From the IMG/VR virus record IMGVR_UViG_3300020395_000008, positions 1-59,730 of that record: a stretch of DNA of 59,730 bases; one strand, written 5' to 3'. The position numbers and the translations under genes were made by a program. This document shows, one piece after another, positions 20,101 through 30,403 of this stretch (positions are counted from its first letter, which is position 1; each line of letters starts with the position of its first letter). This stretch comes from a virus. Taxonomy: Duplodnaviria > Caudoviricetes. A model generated the notes under the pieces. It made no database searches and was not told where the DNA came from. It saw only the letters and a list, made by a program, of their open reading frames with translations.

Positions 20101-23059
20101 TTCATCTAACAAACCAACTGCGAGTCCTTTCTCTACTGAAAGATATTCTCAACCAATTCAGAATCTTTATCCTCAACTTAATAGGGATAATCCTACATCA
20201 GATCCTCAAGAGGCATCATCTTATGCTCTTCCTACTCCTGTTGGCCAGGTTGTAGTGGATGAACTTCAGCATAGTGTTACTAAAGAAACTATTGAGGAAG
20301 GAATATTTGATTGGAGTATTGGTATGGGAATTACCGATATTACTTCAAATACTGCTGGTACTGCTCATACTATCTTTACCACTATTAGTCATGGATTGAA
20401 TAGAATGACTACAGTTGGTATTGCAAGTAGTGGTACAAACTATGGTCATGGAACTGCTGGTTATCTTTATAATGCAGAGTTTATTTCTGCGGCAGGTATT
20501 TCCAGTCAAGGTCATTTTGCAACAGGTAGAATTCAAGTTAACTCTTCTGGTAATATAGTTGCTGTGAAGGTTATGGATGGAGGTAGTGCTTATGCGGTAG
20601 GTGATTGTTTACATGTTGTTGGTGTTGCTACTACAGGTGCAACTCATGCTATTGGTATTGTTACTGTTACATCCATATATGATAATGTAGGTGACACTAT
20701 TGAACTTAAGGGAATTGTTCCTGATAGTAATAATCCATATAATACTCTTTATAGAATTACAGGTATTGGGGAAGGAGCAACTGGAGCAATTCAGGTAGCA
20801 TCAGCAGCTACGATTGGAGTTACTAATACTACGGGGCTCGGAGTAACGGATACATCTGTAGCAACTGCTTATGTTACTGGTCAATCATTAAATGTAAGTG
20901 CATTTAATTTTAATAAAGACACAGGAGTTGGTGTTGTTACCACTACTCAACGACATGGTTTAAGTGTAGATAATAAAGTGAAGTTAGGGGGATCTGATAT
21001 ACCTCTTTATCGTGGTGATTTCATTGTTAAGAAGATTAATGATCAAACTTCATTTAATCTTAGCATCGGTATAGGTACAACAGGCCCTGATCCTAGTGGT
21101 ACAATGTATGCATATAAGTTTGGATATGCATCTGCTGGTGGTAATATTTCTGTTGATAATGAGAATCTTTCAGGTAGACAAGTTGCAGAGTATGCTGGTA
21201 TTACAACTACTCTTTCTTCTGCTGTTCTTACCGAATCTACCACTAGTGTTTCTATAACTGGTATTACTGATCTTGATATTAATATTGGAGATTATCTGAA
21301 GATTGGTTCTGAAATTGTAAGGGTGAAATCTACTGTTACTGGAAATCCAATCACGGTATTCAGAGGAGTTCAAGGAACCGAACCAACGACTCATGTAGTG
21401 GATACAGTAGTAACCAGAATTAAGTGTCGTCCAGTTGAATTTAGACGTAACTCTATCATTCGTGCATCAGGTCAGACATTTGAGTATGTAGGATTTGGAC
21501 CAGGAAATTATTCCACTGCTCTTCCTGAAAAGCAAGATCGTAGTTTAAGTGCTCAAGAAGAACTCTTAGCACAATCAACTAAGAAAGATGGTGGTGTGAA
21601 TGTTTACACTGGTATGAATGATGCTGGTGACTTCTATATTGGTAATAAGAAAGTAAGTTCTGCAACAGGACAGGAAGAAGTATTTGATGCTCCTATTCCT
21701 ACCACAACAGGTGAGGATGCAACTGAGCAAGGAATTAACATTGGATTTGATGTTCTTACTCCACTTGAAGCATCAATCAGTAGATCACTAAGAGTTGAAG
21801 GTGGTCCAAATGCAAATATTATCTCTGAGTTTGATGGCCCAGTCGTCTTTAACAACAAACTTACGTCCACATCTACTAAAGGTATTGAGGCAGGATCATT
21901 ATTCTTACAAGGTGATGCAACTGTTTCTAGAAAGCAAACGATTGGGGTGGGAACTCCTTCTCTTGCTGGTAATCCTGGTGATATAACATACTTTGCTAAT
22001 CCTACTAAGGGTGGTTACAGTGGTTGGATTTATACTACAGATAATGATTGGTATCGTTTTGGTAATGTAAGTCTATCTAAGACTCTTGATATTGGAGTCT
22101 TTGATCAGTTAGGTATTGGAACTACTTCACCTGGTTTGAATACGCTTCAGGTTGGTTCTGCATCTTCTCTATTCTCAGTAGATGGAACGGGTGTTGGTAT
22201 TGGAACCACTGCAAATGGATATAAACTTCATGCGATTGGTAATGTAAATGTAGTTGGTATTGTAACTGCTACAAGCTTTAAGGGTGATGGTTCTGCGTTA
22301 ACTAATCTGGCAACAGATAGTCTTTGGGAGACAGTTGGATCGGGAGACACTGCAGGATATGCTCCTGTTCTTGCAGCATCCAAGTATATTGGTATTGGTA
22401 ATTCTAATCCAGAGTTCTTACTTGATGTGGGTAAGACTGGTATTGGTACGACTGCCTTATATGTAAGAAATACCGCATTCTTTGCAGGATTTACTACAAC
22501 TAAGGATCTTCAGGTGGGTGGAGCATTAAGTGCAACCACTTATAATCTAAATGGTTCTTCCAGTAATATAGTAACAGGTATTGTAACTGCTACTACTTTG
22601 ATAGTAGGAACTGCAGTTACTACTTCTTCTGGTCAAGTTGGTTTGGGAACAGGATCTCCCAGAGCAGATATAGATCTTGAGGGTTCAACTAAACTTAAGA
22701 CTTACTCCCAATTCGTACAGGATCTGGATATTTCGGGTGGAGTAGTAACAATTGATTTATCTATTGCACAATCATTTACATTGACTGTAGATGAGGCAAT
22801 TGATAACTTTAAACTTACTAATCCTCCAACAGAGGCAACATCATTTACAATTAAAATTACTCAAGATAGTACAGGTTACTCTGTAGGTATAGATACATTC
22901 AAAGATAACGGTGGGTCAACAATCCCCGTATATTGGCCTGGTGGAGGTACTCTTCCTGAGGTAACTCAGACGGCATCCAAGACGGATATCTATTCCTTCA
23001 TGACCTTTGACGGTGGTTCATCACTTTACGGTGTAGTAGGAGGACAAAACTTCGCATGA
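17177..23059 (+). CDS. large virion structural/tail fibre protein (1960 aa)
   Basis: MPLSRLDNFLKN..GNILYV N-terminus, PFKTIQRA, VGIGTT repeats, C-terminal IDLS..SF.L...W.GG..P...DIYSF.TFDGG domain. Confidence 0.8.
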   Translation: MPLSRLDNFLKNVRGNILYVNPNDLDATDSIENQGNSLTRPFKTIQRALVEASRFSYQKGLDNDRFGKTTILLYPGEHIVDNRPGWIPDGADNYKLRDGTTSDNFPAWSLTTNFDLTTDDNALYKMNSVYGGIILPRGTSLVGLDLRKTKIRPRYVPNPENDNIEKSAIFRVTGSCYLWQFTIFDGNPNGSVYKDYTANRFVPNFSHHKLTVFEYADGVNDVKIDDAFISDYDAARTDLDMYYEKVGLAYGPSSGREIEPDYPSSGLDIQPKVDEYRIVGPLGGTVGITSIKAGDGSTTSTDITVELTTALSGLDVDTAFQLEGISAAGYSGEFVVSDVVTTDSTGTTEFKYKVLSAPVNPLPSVTGSTVTLQIDTVTSSSPYIFNISLRSVYGMCGMYADGNKATGFKSMVVAQYTGIGLQKDNNAFVKYDETSGEYKDSTFAGNENINSDSLAVYKPSYRNYHIKASNDAVIQVVSVFAIGYSQHMLAESGGDLSVTNSNSNFGAKSLVSEGFKKDAFARDDVGYITHIIPPKEIETSTIAIEYDAIDVNKTGSAVGVGSTSRLYLYNQTNSDVKPSSVIEGYRIGAKENDKLNVLISVAPGTTNQYAARIVMPDTELNDAPTSFEKTFQVGRSAAGISSISASTLTLTSDHTLLEGESIRVVSENGHLPDGLDSNTVYYAITSSLDDNQVKVAQTLNDAVSGDNITINNKGGILHIQSRVSDKVAGDLGHPIQYDSDESQWYVTVGTASTENDIYSTIVGLGSTTLGTATPRTFIKRTPDTRNIIDTVYRARYVIPAGSGITSARPPVDGYILEESSSVTGATDTEVQTYFSPTAVSLSNKSEQRNFSFLAHAHWASNTGYYLSELPHGLKVGSQVEVKDIVSSNNPVGTANSGFNGTFNVTGISSAREFTVTITSSTGPGTMTNNIDSRTTSLPTFTQKKYAGTFQVYRSQQIQEYISGSQDGIYHLLLVNSSNKPTASPFSTERYSQPIQNLYPQLNRDNPTSDPQEASSYALPTPVGQVVVDELQHSVTKETIEEGIFDWSIGMGITDITSNTAGTAHTIFTTISHGLNRMTTVGIASSGTNYGHGTAGYLYNAEFISAAGISSQGHFATGRIQVNSSGNIVAVKVMDGGSAYAVGDCLHVVGVATTGATHAIGIVTVTSIYDNVGDTIELKGIVPDSNNPYNTLYRITGIGEGATGAIQVASAATIGVTNTTGLGVTDTSVATAYVTGQSLNVSAFNFNKDTGVGVVTTTQRHGLSVDNKVKLGGSDIPLYRGDFIVKKINDQTSFNLSIGIGTTGPDPSGTMYAYKFGYASAGGNISVDNENLSGRQVAEYAGITTTLSSAVLTESTTSVSITGITDLDINIGDYLKIGSEIVRVKSTVTGNPITVFRGVQGTEPTTHVVDTVVTRIKCRPVEFRRNSIIRASGQTFEYVGFGPGNYSTALPEKQDRSLSAQEELLAQSTKKDGGVNVYTGMNDAGDFYIGNKKVSSATGQEEVFDAPIPTTTGEDATEQGINIGFDVLTPLEASISRSLRVEGGPNANIISEFDGPVVFNNKLTSTSTKGIEAGSLFLQGDATVSRKQTIGVGTPSLAGNPGDITYFANPTKGGYSGWIYTTDNDWYRFGNVSLSKTLDIGVFDQLGIGTTSPGLNTLQVGSASSLFSVDGTGVGIGTTANGYKLHAIGNVNVVGIVTATSFKGDGSALTNLATDSLWETVGSGDTAGYAPVLAASKYIGIGNSNPEFLLDVGKTGIGTTALYVRNTAFFAGFTTTKDLQVGGALSATTYNLNGSSSNIVTGIVTATTLIVGTAVTTSSGQVGLGTGSPRADIDLEGSTKLKTYSQFVQDLDISGGVVTIDLSIAQSFTLTVDEAIDNFKLTNPPTEATSFTIKITQDSTGYSVGIDTFKDNGGSTIPVYWPGGGTLPEVTQTASKTDIYSFMTFDGGSSLYGVVGGQNFA

Positions 23060-24648
23060 TAGGATTTCAAATATTTTCCAGTATTCCTACCAGCATTGAT
23101 TTAAACGGTCCTACCCTTTCTTTTTTAGAACAACCAGTAGGAATTACAACTATTGAATCAACTGCTAGTTTTACTGGAATTGTAACATCAACTCCAGTAG
23201 GAACAGGGCATCTCTCTTATCAGTGGTATGAGGTTGGTGTGGGTGCAGTAGGATCTGCATCTACTGCTGAAGTTGGGATAGGAACAACTCTTACTCTAAC
23301 AGGACTTGTTGATCCTGATGATAGTGGAAGACAGTTTTATCTTCAATCAAGTTATGTTGCTTCTGCATATGGAAGTGGTCCTATCACTGCAGGAACAGCA
23401 AGATCTACAGGTAAGGCACTCAATGGGCCTTTAAATTCTAATACTATTGCATTAGGTATTTCACCTACAATTTCTATCACTACACAACCAGGAATTTCTA
23501 CTGTTGTCACATCTGCTAATGCTTCATTCGGGATTGCAGCTACAGTTACAGATGGAACAATCAATAATCTTACTTATCAGTGGCAAGAAGATGGTAGTGA
23601 TCTGAGTGATAGCACAACTGTTGCAGGATCAGCAACTACTTCTCTTACTATTTCGTCTGCTACGGTGGGAGTATCAACAATTAGATGTGTGGTATCTCAT
23701 CCAAATGCCTCTAATTCTCCATTGAACTCCAATACAGTTGACTTTAATGTAGTATCACCAACGGCAAGAAAGATTCTTTATATTGAAGAGTTTGATGTGA
23801 ATGCTACTTTACATAGCACTCAAGAGGTTGATTTGGTGGATGGAGCACTGGAAATAATTCCTGATCAAACAGGTATTGCTGCTACATCTAATTGGAATAG
23901 AATATATTCAATCTATGCACCAGAGGATGATCTCAGTGTGAAAGTAACATTATCAGGTGCTGAAGGTGAAGATTTTGGATCATTTGTTGCAGGACAAGGA
24001 GGAGTAACTACTTTTAATTTAACTCTTACTCAGAGTCAAGAGTATGTTGCCAACTTAGGAGCAGCAATCTGGCCATCAGGTGGTTTTGGTAGTGGTTCTA
24101 ATGGGGGAGGAGGATCCTTCTTCTATAAAGGTGGTGAATTATTAGTTGCATCGGGCGGTGGCGGTGGTGCTGGTGCTACCTTGAATGGTGGTGCAGGAGT
24201 GGGTGGAGGTCTTGGGGTAAATCCAACTTTAACTCCTATTGGTGAATTTTCTAGTGGAACAACAACTCCCGATACTATACATACGGGTGGTGGAAGAGTT
24301 GGTGGATGTACTATCGGTAATTATTGGCAAACTCAGGGAGTTGCTCCTTGTGCATCGATTGGATCAACCACATTCTTTACAGGACAAGATGGTCAAAAAA
24401 CTTCTAACATGAATGGAGTAACTGTAACCAGAGGATATAAGGCAGGATTGAATTATCAATTTAATGGTGGAAATGGAAGTGGTACAGATAGTGCGGGAGG
24501 AGGAGGTGGAGCTCTTGGTGGTGATGGAGGACTTGGATCTTCTGGATCTGGTGGAGGTGGACAAGGATTTGATGGTCTTGGAAGTGCCACAGGAACTGTT
24601 GGGGGTAATACCAGAAAAGTAGGTGTCATTAAGATCGAAGCAGTATAA
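23056..24648 (+). CDS. tail fibre tip/adhesin: two Ig-like domains plus glycine-rich domain
   Basis: QP...SYQW and ITTQP...TYQWQ Ig motifs; poly-Gly repeats. Confidence 0.7.
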   Translation: MIGFQIFSSIPTSIDLNGPTLSFLEQPVGITTIESTASFTGIVTSTPVGTGHLSYQWYEVGVGAVGSASTAEVGIGTTLTLTGLVDPDDSGRQFYLQSSYVASAYGSGPITAGTARSTGKALNGPLNSNTIALGISPTISITTQPGISTVVTSANASFGIAATVTDGTINNLTYQWQEDGSDLSDSTTVAGSATTSLTISSATVGVSTIRCVVSHPNASNSPLNSNTVDFNVVSPTARKILYIEEFDVNATLHSTQEVDLVDGALEIIPDQTGIAATSNWNRIYSIYAPEDDLSVKVTLSGAEGEDFGSFVAGQGGVTTFNLTLTQSQEYVANLGAAIWPSGGFGSGSNGGGGSFFYKGGELLVASGGGGGAGATLNGGAGVGGGLGVNPTLTPIGEFSSGTTTPDTIHTGGGRVGGCTIGNYWQTQGVAPCASIGSTTFFTGQDGQKTSNMNGVTVTRGYKAGLNYQFNGGNGSGTDSAGGGGGALGGDGGLGSSGSGGGGQGFDGLGSATGTVGGNTRKVGVIKIEAV

Positions 24649-24651
24649 ATA
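24644..24651 (+). promoter_or_regulatory. late promoter TATAAATA
   Basis: Exact consensus overlapping the upstream stop codon. Confidence 0.8.
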
Positions 24652-24682
24652 ATAAAAAATAACGGGGGAGAGTGAACCCAAA

Positions 24683-27130
24683 ATGGCTGTAAATAAGAAT
24701 TTTGTAGTAAAGAACGGCCTAGAAGTAGATACCGATCTTATTTTCGCTGATGCGAGTACGGATAAAGTAGGTATAGGAAGTACAATTCCGAGCACCAAGT
24801 TTGATGTTATAGGTGGAATTGGTGCGTCGGAGTTAAATGTAACTGGTGTAGGTACAATTGTTACTATTAATGGTACTACGGGAATTGTAAGTACTGTTGT
24901 TGGTCATTCGATACAAGCAAATAATTTAAATGTAGCAGGTATTACGAGTGTTGTTGATCTATCTCCTGTTAATTTAAATGTTACTGGGGTTACCACTACT
25001 CCTAGTATAGATGTAATAGGTACTGGTAATATGACGGTTGGTATTATTACCAACGCTCAGGGTACTAATTTAGAATATTCGGGTATAGGTACAATTGTTA
25101 CTGGTATTGTAACCCATTTAACTGCTGAGAATTCAAAGGTTAATGGTATAAGTACAGTTGCTACTGGTGTTGCCACTCATCTGATTGCAAATAATTTAAA
25201 TGTTGGTGGAATTAGTAGTATTAGGTCGGGTGTTGTTACTCATTTAGCAGTTAATAATCTAAATGTTGGTGGAATAAGTACGATTGGTAATTTTATAGTT
25301 ACTCCGAGTGCAGGTGGTATCGGTGCAACGGTAGGAGCTAATGTTGGTGTTATAACATATTATGGTGATGGTGCGAATCTTATCAATACTGGTGGTGGAG
25401 TTGGTATTGGATCTACTCTTGGTGTTGTTGGTTATGGATTTACCTTCATAAATTTTGTTGGAACAGGAAATACTTTTAAGGTTACAGGAACAACGGTAGA
25501 TATTGGTATCTCTGGTGGTGGAGGAGGAAGTGGAAGTGTAAGTATTAGTAGTGTAGCACCTGCACTTCCCACTAATGGTGATTTATGGTACAGTACAGAA
25601 TATGGTAGAACATTTGTATGGTTTGATGAAGATGAGTTAGGAATAGGAAATACTGCGGTGTGGGTTGATGCTGCACCATTTAATGCAGGTGGTAAGTTCA
25701 TAGGTAAGTACGGAGATAATGCTTATGGTGCTATTGGATATACTGGTGGTACTACTTCTCAGGCAAGTATTTACTTCACTGGTGATCCTAACACTGGTTT
25801 ATATCAACCTTCTGCAGATCATTTAGGTGTTGTTGCTGGTGGAACAGCATCATTAGTAGTTAATCCTCATGGTGTGACTGTAGTTGGTGTTCTTACTGGA
25901 GATGGTACAGGACTAACTGGTGTTGCATCTACAGATAATATCATCACAACCACTGAGGCTAAGTTACTTGGTGGTGTGGTGATGCAAGGAATTACCACTG
26001 CTGCTGCACTGAAGGTAACAGGAGTATCTACCTTTAGTGGTAACATCGCACTTTCAGGTAATCTTGATATGTCAAGTGGTTCCATAGGAATAACTGATAG
26101 CGAAAAAGTTACTTTCGGCACGGGAACAGATCTGGAGATCTACCATGATCCAGCATCAACAGGGACAAATAAAATAGTCAGTACTGCTGGTCAGTTCGCT
26201 ATCTATACAAATGGTAACTTACAAATATTTAATGAAAACGGCTTTGCAAATCTAGCTGATTTTATTGAAGGAGGTGCTTGTAATTTATACTTTGATGCAA
26301 CTAAGCAATTTGAGACGGCTGCGGGGGGTGTTATAATAACGGGTATTCATTCAGTTGGTACGGGTGCAACGATTAGTAGTCAAGGTAATGCTGCCTTTGC
26401 TGGTGTTTGTACTGCATCATACTTCTATGGTGATGGTGCTAATTTAACTAATCTTCCTTCTAGTGGTGGCGGTGGATCAGGAGACTTTAATACTGGTATT
26501 AGTAGTGCTCAACAGTATGATGTTACTAACTCAATGGCAACAGCATATACTGCAAATGCAAGTTCAAGTTATAGAACAATCGTCCATTCTATTCATATTT
26601 GTAATATTACGGGTAATGAAGTTAGTATTAGTGGTGAGATGCAAACTGATTTCTCTTTTGCTCATACAATACCAGTTCCTGCAGGTTCAGCAGTTGAACT
26701 GCTTAAACAACCTAAGGTTCTTGGACCTAGTGAGACAATAGAACTTCAAGCAAGTTCTGGTTCATCATTAGAAGCAACTATTATTACTGAACTCAAAGAA
26801 GATACTGCGTATTGGGATGCTCAACTTGCTCTTTCTTCTGCTGAAACAATGACGGATCTTTATACTTCGTCTTCTAATCCTTCTGTTGTTCAAAGTATTC
26901 TTCTTTGTAATAATGATGGTACTAATGACGTGAAGGCAAGAGTGGTATGGACAGATGAAGGTGATAATATTCAATCTTATTTGGTATATGATATGATTAT
27001 TCCTGCTGATTCAACAGTTGAGATATGTGAGACCCCTAAGTATCTTATGACAGGATATAAGTTACGAGCATATGCTAACCAAGCAAACAGGTTAGAAATT
27101 ACTGCATCTGGTAAACAGATAGTATCATAA
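24683..27130 (+). CDS. tail fibre protein
   Basis: MAVNKNFVVKNGLEV N-terminus, NLNVxGI repeats, YGDGANL, duplicated C-terminal domain. Confidence 0.8.
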   Translation: MAVNKNFVVKNGLEVDTDLIFADASTDKVGIGSTIPSTKFDVIGGIGASELNVTGVGTIVTINGTTGIVSTVVGHSIQANNLNVAGITSVVDLSPVNLNVTGVTTTPSIDVIGTGNMTVGIITNAQGTNLEYSGIGTIVTGIVTHLTAENSKVNGISTVATGVATHLIANNLNVGGISSIRSGVVTHLAVNNLNVGGISTIGNFIVTPSAGGIGATVGANVGVITYYGDGANLINTGGGVGIGSTLGVVGYGFTFINFVGTGNTFKVTGTTVDIGISGGGGGSGSVSISSVAPALPTNGDLWYSTEYGRTFVWFDEDELGIGNTAVWVDAAPFNAGGKFIGKYGDNAYGAIGYTGGTTSQASIYFTGDPNTGLYQPSADHLGVVAGGTASLVVNPHGVTVVGVLTGDGTGLTGVASTDNIITTTEAKLLGGVVMQGITTAAALKVTGVSTFSGNIALSGNLDMSSGSIGITDSEKVTFGTGTDLEIYHDPASTGTNKIVSTAGQFAIYTNGNLQIFNENGFANLADFIEGGACNLYFDATKQFETAAGGVIITGIHSVGTGATISSQGNAAFAGVCTASYFYGDGANLTNLPSSGGGGSGDFNTGISSAQQYDVTNSMATAYTANASSSYRTIVHSIHICNITGNEVSISGEMQTDFSFAHTIPVPAGSAVELLKQPKVLGPSETIELQASSGSSLEATIITELKEDTAYWDAQLALSSAETMTDLYTSSSNPSVVQSILLCNNDGTNDVKARVVWTDEGDNIQSYLVYDMIIPADSTVEICETPKYLMTGYKLRAYANQANRLEITASGKQIVS

Positions 27131-27144
27131 GGAGGTATTGAATT

Positions 27145-28404
27145 ATGACTAGAAGAGGGGTATGGGACATTCAGGATGTAAGGGATAAACTCCTTGCAGG
27201 AGATCCTTGGAATAGATATAATGCTCTGTTTACATCAGGAATTAATATCTATGGGGAATTAGGACAAAATAATCAAGATGGTACTGGAATAGGAACAAAA
27301 CTTGCACAGGTTGATTCACAAGAGAATTTTGCACATGTTGGTGGATGTGATAATACTTCATTTGGAGTTACGGAAGATGGAAAATTATATTCATGGGGAG
27401 CTTCACAGGCGGGAAGATTAGCAAATGGTGGACCAAATTTTAAATATTATTCATCACCAGTTCAAGTACCTGGTACAACATGGGCTGCTACTTGTTATTC
27501 TGACACCTATTCTATGATGGCAACCAAGACTGATGGATCCGCATGGTTTTGGGGAGGTTCAGGTCCAAGCAACTATGCAAGAAGTATAGCGGGATGGCCG
27601 TATAATAATAGTTGTTCTTCTCCAGTTTTGATACCTGGTACTTGGACAGCAAATCCTAATAGAATAGATCAGCAAAAAATGATATTCACAGAAAAATCAG
27701 GATTTGCCATTGATGCAAGTGGTAATTTATATTCATGGGGAAGTAATGGTCATGGATGCTTGGGACTCAATGCACCAGATACTGTGGTTGCTAAAACTCA
27801 AGTAGGTACTGATTCTACTTGGCAATGGGTTACTGGTTATCATCATAGTCCTTCTTCTAATACTGCGGCCGTTAAAACTGACGGTACACTGTGGATGGTA
27901 GGTGGAGGAGGAGCTCCTAATGGATGTTTAGGATTAGGACCATATAAACCAGATGGACTTTCCTCCCCAACTCAAATAGGTACTCTTGATCATTGGACGA
28001 GTGTTACTTCTGGACAGATGTATTGGCTCGGAGGAGGTTTTGCTGCATGTGATAATTCAGGAAAAATATTTGTATGGGGAGCAACTGATACAGGGACGTT
28101 TGGGACAAATCAAGCAGATGTCCAAATTTCTTCCCCATATAATTTACCTGGTGGACCTTATAAAATGGTTCAGATATGTGAAAAGACTATGATTCGTATG
28201 AAAGGCGATGACACTTTATGGGTAAGTGGTGATGTTCATGCTGCTGGAATGGTTCCCGAAACAGGACATCAGTATATGTCATCACCAGTTCAAGTACCTG
28301 GTGCTGTTGTTGGATTCTCTAGTGATAAGATTGGTATGTGGGGCAGCGGTACTTACCTGAATATAGGAGTTATCGGTCCTAACTTGACCCCTGCTCAATT
28401 ATAA
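27145..28404 (+). CDS. RCC1/BLIP-II-like beta-propeller protein
   Basis: Repeated KTDG.LW.WG...LG...SSPxQ.PG blades. Confidence 0.85.
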   Translation: MTRRGVWDIQDVRDKLLAGDPWNRYNALFTSGINIYGELGQNNQDGTGIGTKLAQVDSQENFAHVGGCDNTSFGVTEDGKLYSWGASQAGRLANGGPNFKYYSSPVQVPGTTWAATCYSDTYSMMATKTDGSAWFWGGSGPSNYARSIAGWPYNNSCSSPVLIPGTWTANPNRIDQQKMIFTEKSGFAIDASGNLYSWGSNGHGCLGLNAPDTVVAKTQVGTDSTWQWVTGYHHSPSSNTAAVKTDGTLWMVGGGGAPNGCLGLGPYKPDGLSSPTQIGTLDHWTSVTSGQMYWLGGGFAACDNSGKIFVWGATDTGTFGTNQADVQISSPYNLPGGPYKMVQICEKTMIRMKGDDTLWVSGDVHAAGMVPETGHQYMSSPVQVPGAVVGFSSDKIGMWGSGTYLNIGVIGPNLTPAQL

Positions 28405-28407
28405 ATA
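28400..28407 (+). promoter_or_regulatory. late promoter TATAAATA
   Basis: Exact consensus overlapping the stop codon. Confidence 0.8.
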
Positions 28408-28438
28408 CAAACAAAGAAAGGATTAAATTTAAACAATT

Positions 28439-29146
28439 ATGGCTAAGAATATTAAATGGATACAGGTTGATGCAGATACTCAAGTATCCATAGCTATTAC
28501 TCCTCCTAAAACAGGTGCTACTAATCCTAACCTAACAGATTTGGTTGAGCAGTTTGATTGGGGACAGTATAAGTATGGAACTGTTGCTGATAGTGTAACT
28601 GTAGATAATTCTAATTTTATATTTGAAATAAGTGATGCAGAATATATTGCTGATATTGTAGCAAAAATTAATGAATATGTGAGTGAATGGAAAGTGGATG
28701 TATATAAGGAAGAGAAAGAAGTGCGTAAGCAACAATTAGGAACCTATGCGGATAGTGTTTATGCATCAGCATCTGGTTATAAGTATGATGCTGCAGTTGC
28801 ATTTATTAGTAGTGCAACACCTAATGCAGGATTAACTACAGAAGCATTCTATCGTGGGTGTACTGTCAGTACTCTTGCTAATAAGATTAAAACTAATCAT
28901 GAAGCATATATTACTGATGAGGCTAGAATTGCTGGAGTGCGTGGACTGATTTATGATAGAATAGATGGGATTAATGCAGGACTCGATACTTCTACTGTGA
29001 CAAAAGCACTGGAATCATATGCTGGTATTCATACTAATGAGAAGGTTGGAACCAGATCTATAGGAATAGGGACTGAAACCGAAGATGTAAATGTAGGATA
29101 TTATAAACCCTCTGGAATGGCAGAGCGTATCCAATATAGTATTTAA
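28439..29146 (+). CDS. hypothetical protein, possibly tail fibre assembly chaperone
   Basis: Helical 235-aa ORF between RCC1 genes (L..EA..RG..V..LA.KI pattern); late promoter upstream. Confidence 0.45.
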   Translation: MAKNIKWIQVDADTQVSIAITPPKTGATNPNLTDLVEQFDWGQYKYGTVADSVTVDNSNFIFEISDAEYIADIVAKINEYVSEWKVDVYKEEKEVRKQQLGTYADSVYASASGYKYDAAVAFISSATPNAGLTTEAFYRGCTVSTLANKIKTNHEAYITDEARIAGVRGLIYDRIDGINAGLDTSTVTKALESYAGIHTNEKVGTRSIGIGTETEDVNVGYYKPSGMAERIQYSI

Positions 29147-29149
29147 CTT

Positions 29150-30379
29150 ATGGCTATAACTGATAAAGAACAGGGAGTCTGGGATGTTGATCAGGTTTAT
29201 AATAAAATAAACCAAGGTGGCATCTGGAAATATAATGGTGCAGCAGGGGAACCTGGTGGTGTATGGCAGTGGTACTACGATAATTATGGAAGATTAGGAA
29301 TTAATGAGGAACCCACTACTCCGAATACTTATTATTCTTCTCCTGTTATGGCTAATGGAACATTTGATGATAGTTGGGGGCAGACTATTACTACGTTTGC
29401 AAGGGGAAATGATGGATCACTGTGGGCATGGGGATATAATGGTATGGGATTATTAGGACAAAATGATACTGCCAGTCGTTCTGTACCAGTTCAAATAGGA
29501 ACTGATACTGATTGGGCTAAGAATGGTAGTATTGGGAGGTGGGTCAAAACTAATGGAGCAATGTATGTTTGTGGCCCCAATAGTGATGGAGCACTTGGTC
29601 TTAATATGCATTATGGTTCTGGGGAGGTGACTTCAAGTACTGGAAAATCATCACCAGTTCAACTAGGAACTGAGACTACATGGGCCCAATCAGAATATTC
29701 CCATTCAAAGTTGTTTAGTCTTAAAACTGATGGAACCGCATGGTATTGGGGAGGTTGGAGTTTTGGATGTGCAGGAAATGGAACAACATCTGGAACTCGT
29801 TCATCACCAACTCAACTTGCTGGATATACTTTTGCCAGTATGGGAAATTGTGGTGCTCCTACTACTCATCATTATGGGGGAGTTACTCCAACTGGATCTT
29901 TGTATATGTGGGGAGCAAATGCTTCTGGACAATTAGGACTTAATGAAGGCCCTTATAGAGCTCCTTGGCAACCTAACTGGGGTAGAACTAACAGAGATAA
30001 ATCTACTCCTAATAGTGTGCCTGGTACTACATGGAAATACATGCAGAACGGTCTAAGCACTACTCTTGCAAGTAAAACTGATGGTACATTATGGGCATGG
30101 GGATATGGTGCTCCTGGAGGATTGGGACTTAATAGCACAGGACAATATTCATCACCCACCCAAATCGGAACTGACACTACATGGACAGGAAAGATATTCC
30201 AATCTGGTTATAGGTCTGCTGCTGTCAAGACTGATGGATCAATATGGGTATGGGGAGCTAATAGTTATGGTGGTTTAGGGGTTAATGATAATACAAGTTA
30301 TTCATCACCTATTCAATTACCTGGATCGTGGACAGATATGGGAGATGGTTACTATATGAACCTCATCAAAGCTGGATAA
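29150..30379 (+). CDS. RCC1-like beta-propeller protein
   Basis: Seven WG/LG/SSPxQ repeat units. Confidence 0.87.
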   Translation: MAITDKEQGVWDVDQVYNKINQGGIWKYNGAAGEPGGVWQWYYDNYGRLGINEEPTTPNTYYSSPVMANGTFDDSWGQTITTFARGNDGSLWAWGYNGMGLLGQNDTASRSVPVQIGTDTDWAKNGSIGRWVKTNGAMYVCGPNSDGALGLNMHYGSGEVTSSTGKSSPVQLGTETTWAQSEYSHSKLFSLKTDGTAWYWGGWSFGCAGNGTTSGTRSSPTQLAGYTFASMGNCGAPTTHHYGGVTPTGSLYMWGANASGQLGLNEGPYRAPWQPNWGRTNRDKSTPNSVPGTTWKYMQNGLSTTLASKTDGTLWAWGYGAPGGLGLNSTGQYSSPTQIGTDTTWTGKIFQSGYRSAAVKTDGSIWVWGANSYGGLGVNDNTSYSSPIQLPGSWTDMGDGYYMNLIKAG

Positions 30380-30382
30380 ATA
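30375..30382 (+). promoter_or_regulatory. late promoter (GATAAATA) upstream of the modification cluster
   Basis: Late core overlapping the stop codon. Confidence 0.65.
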
Positions 30383-30403
30383 AGTAAAAATTGCTTTTTT
30401 ATT

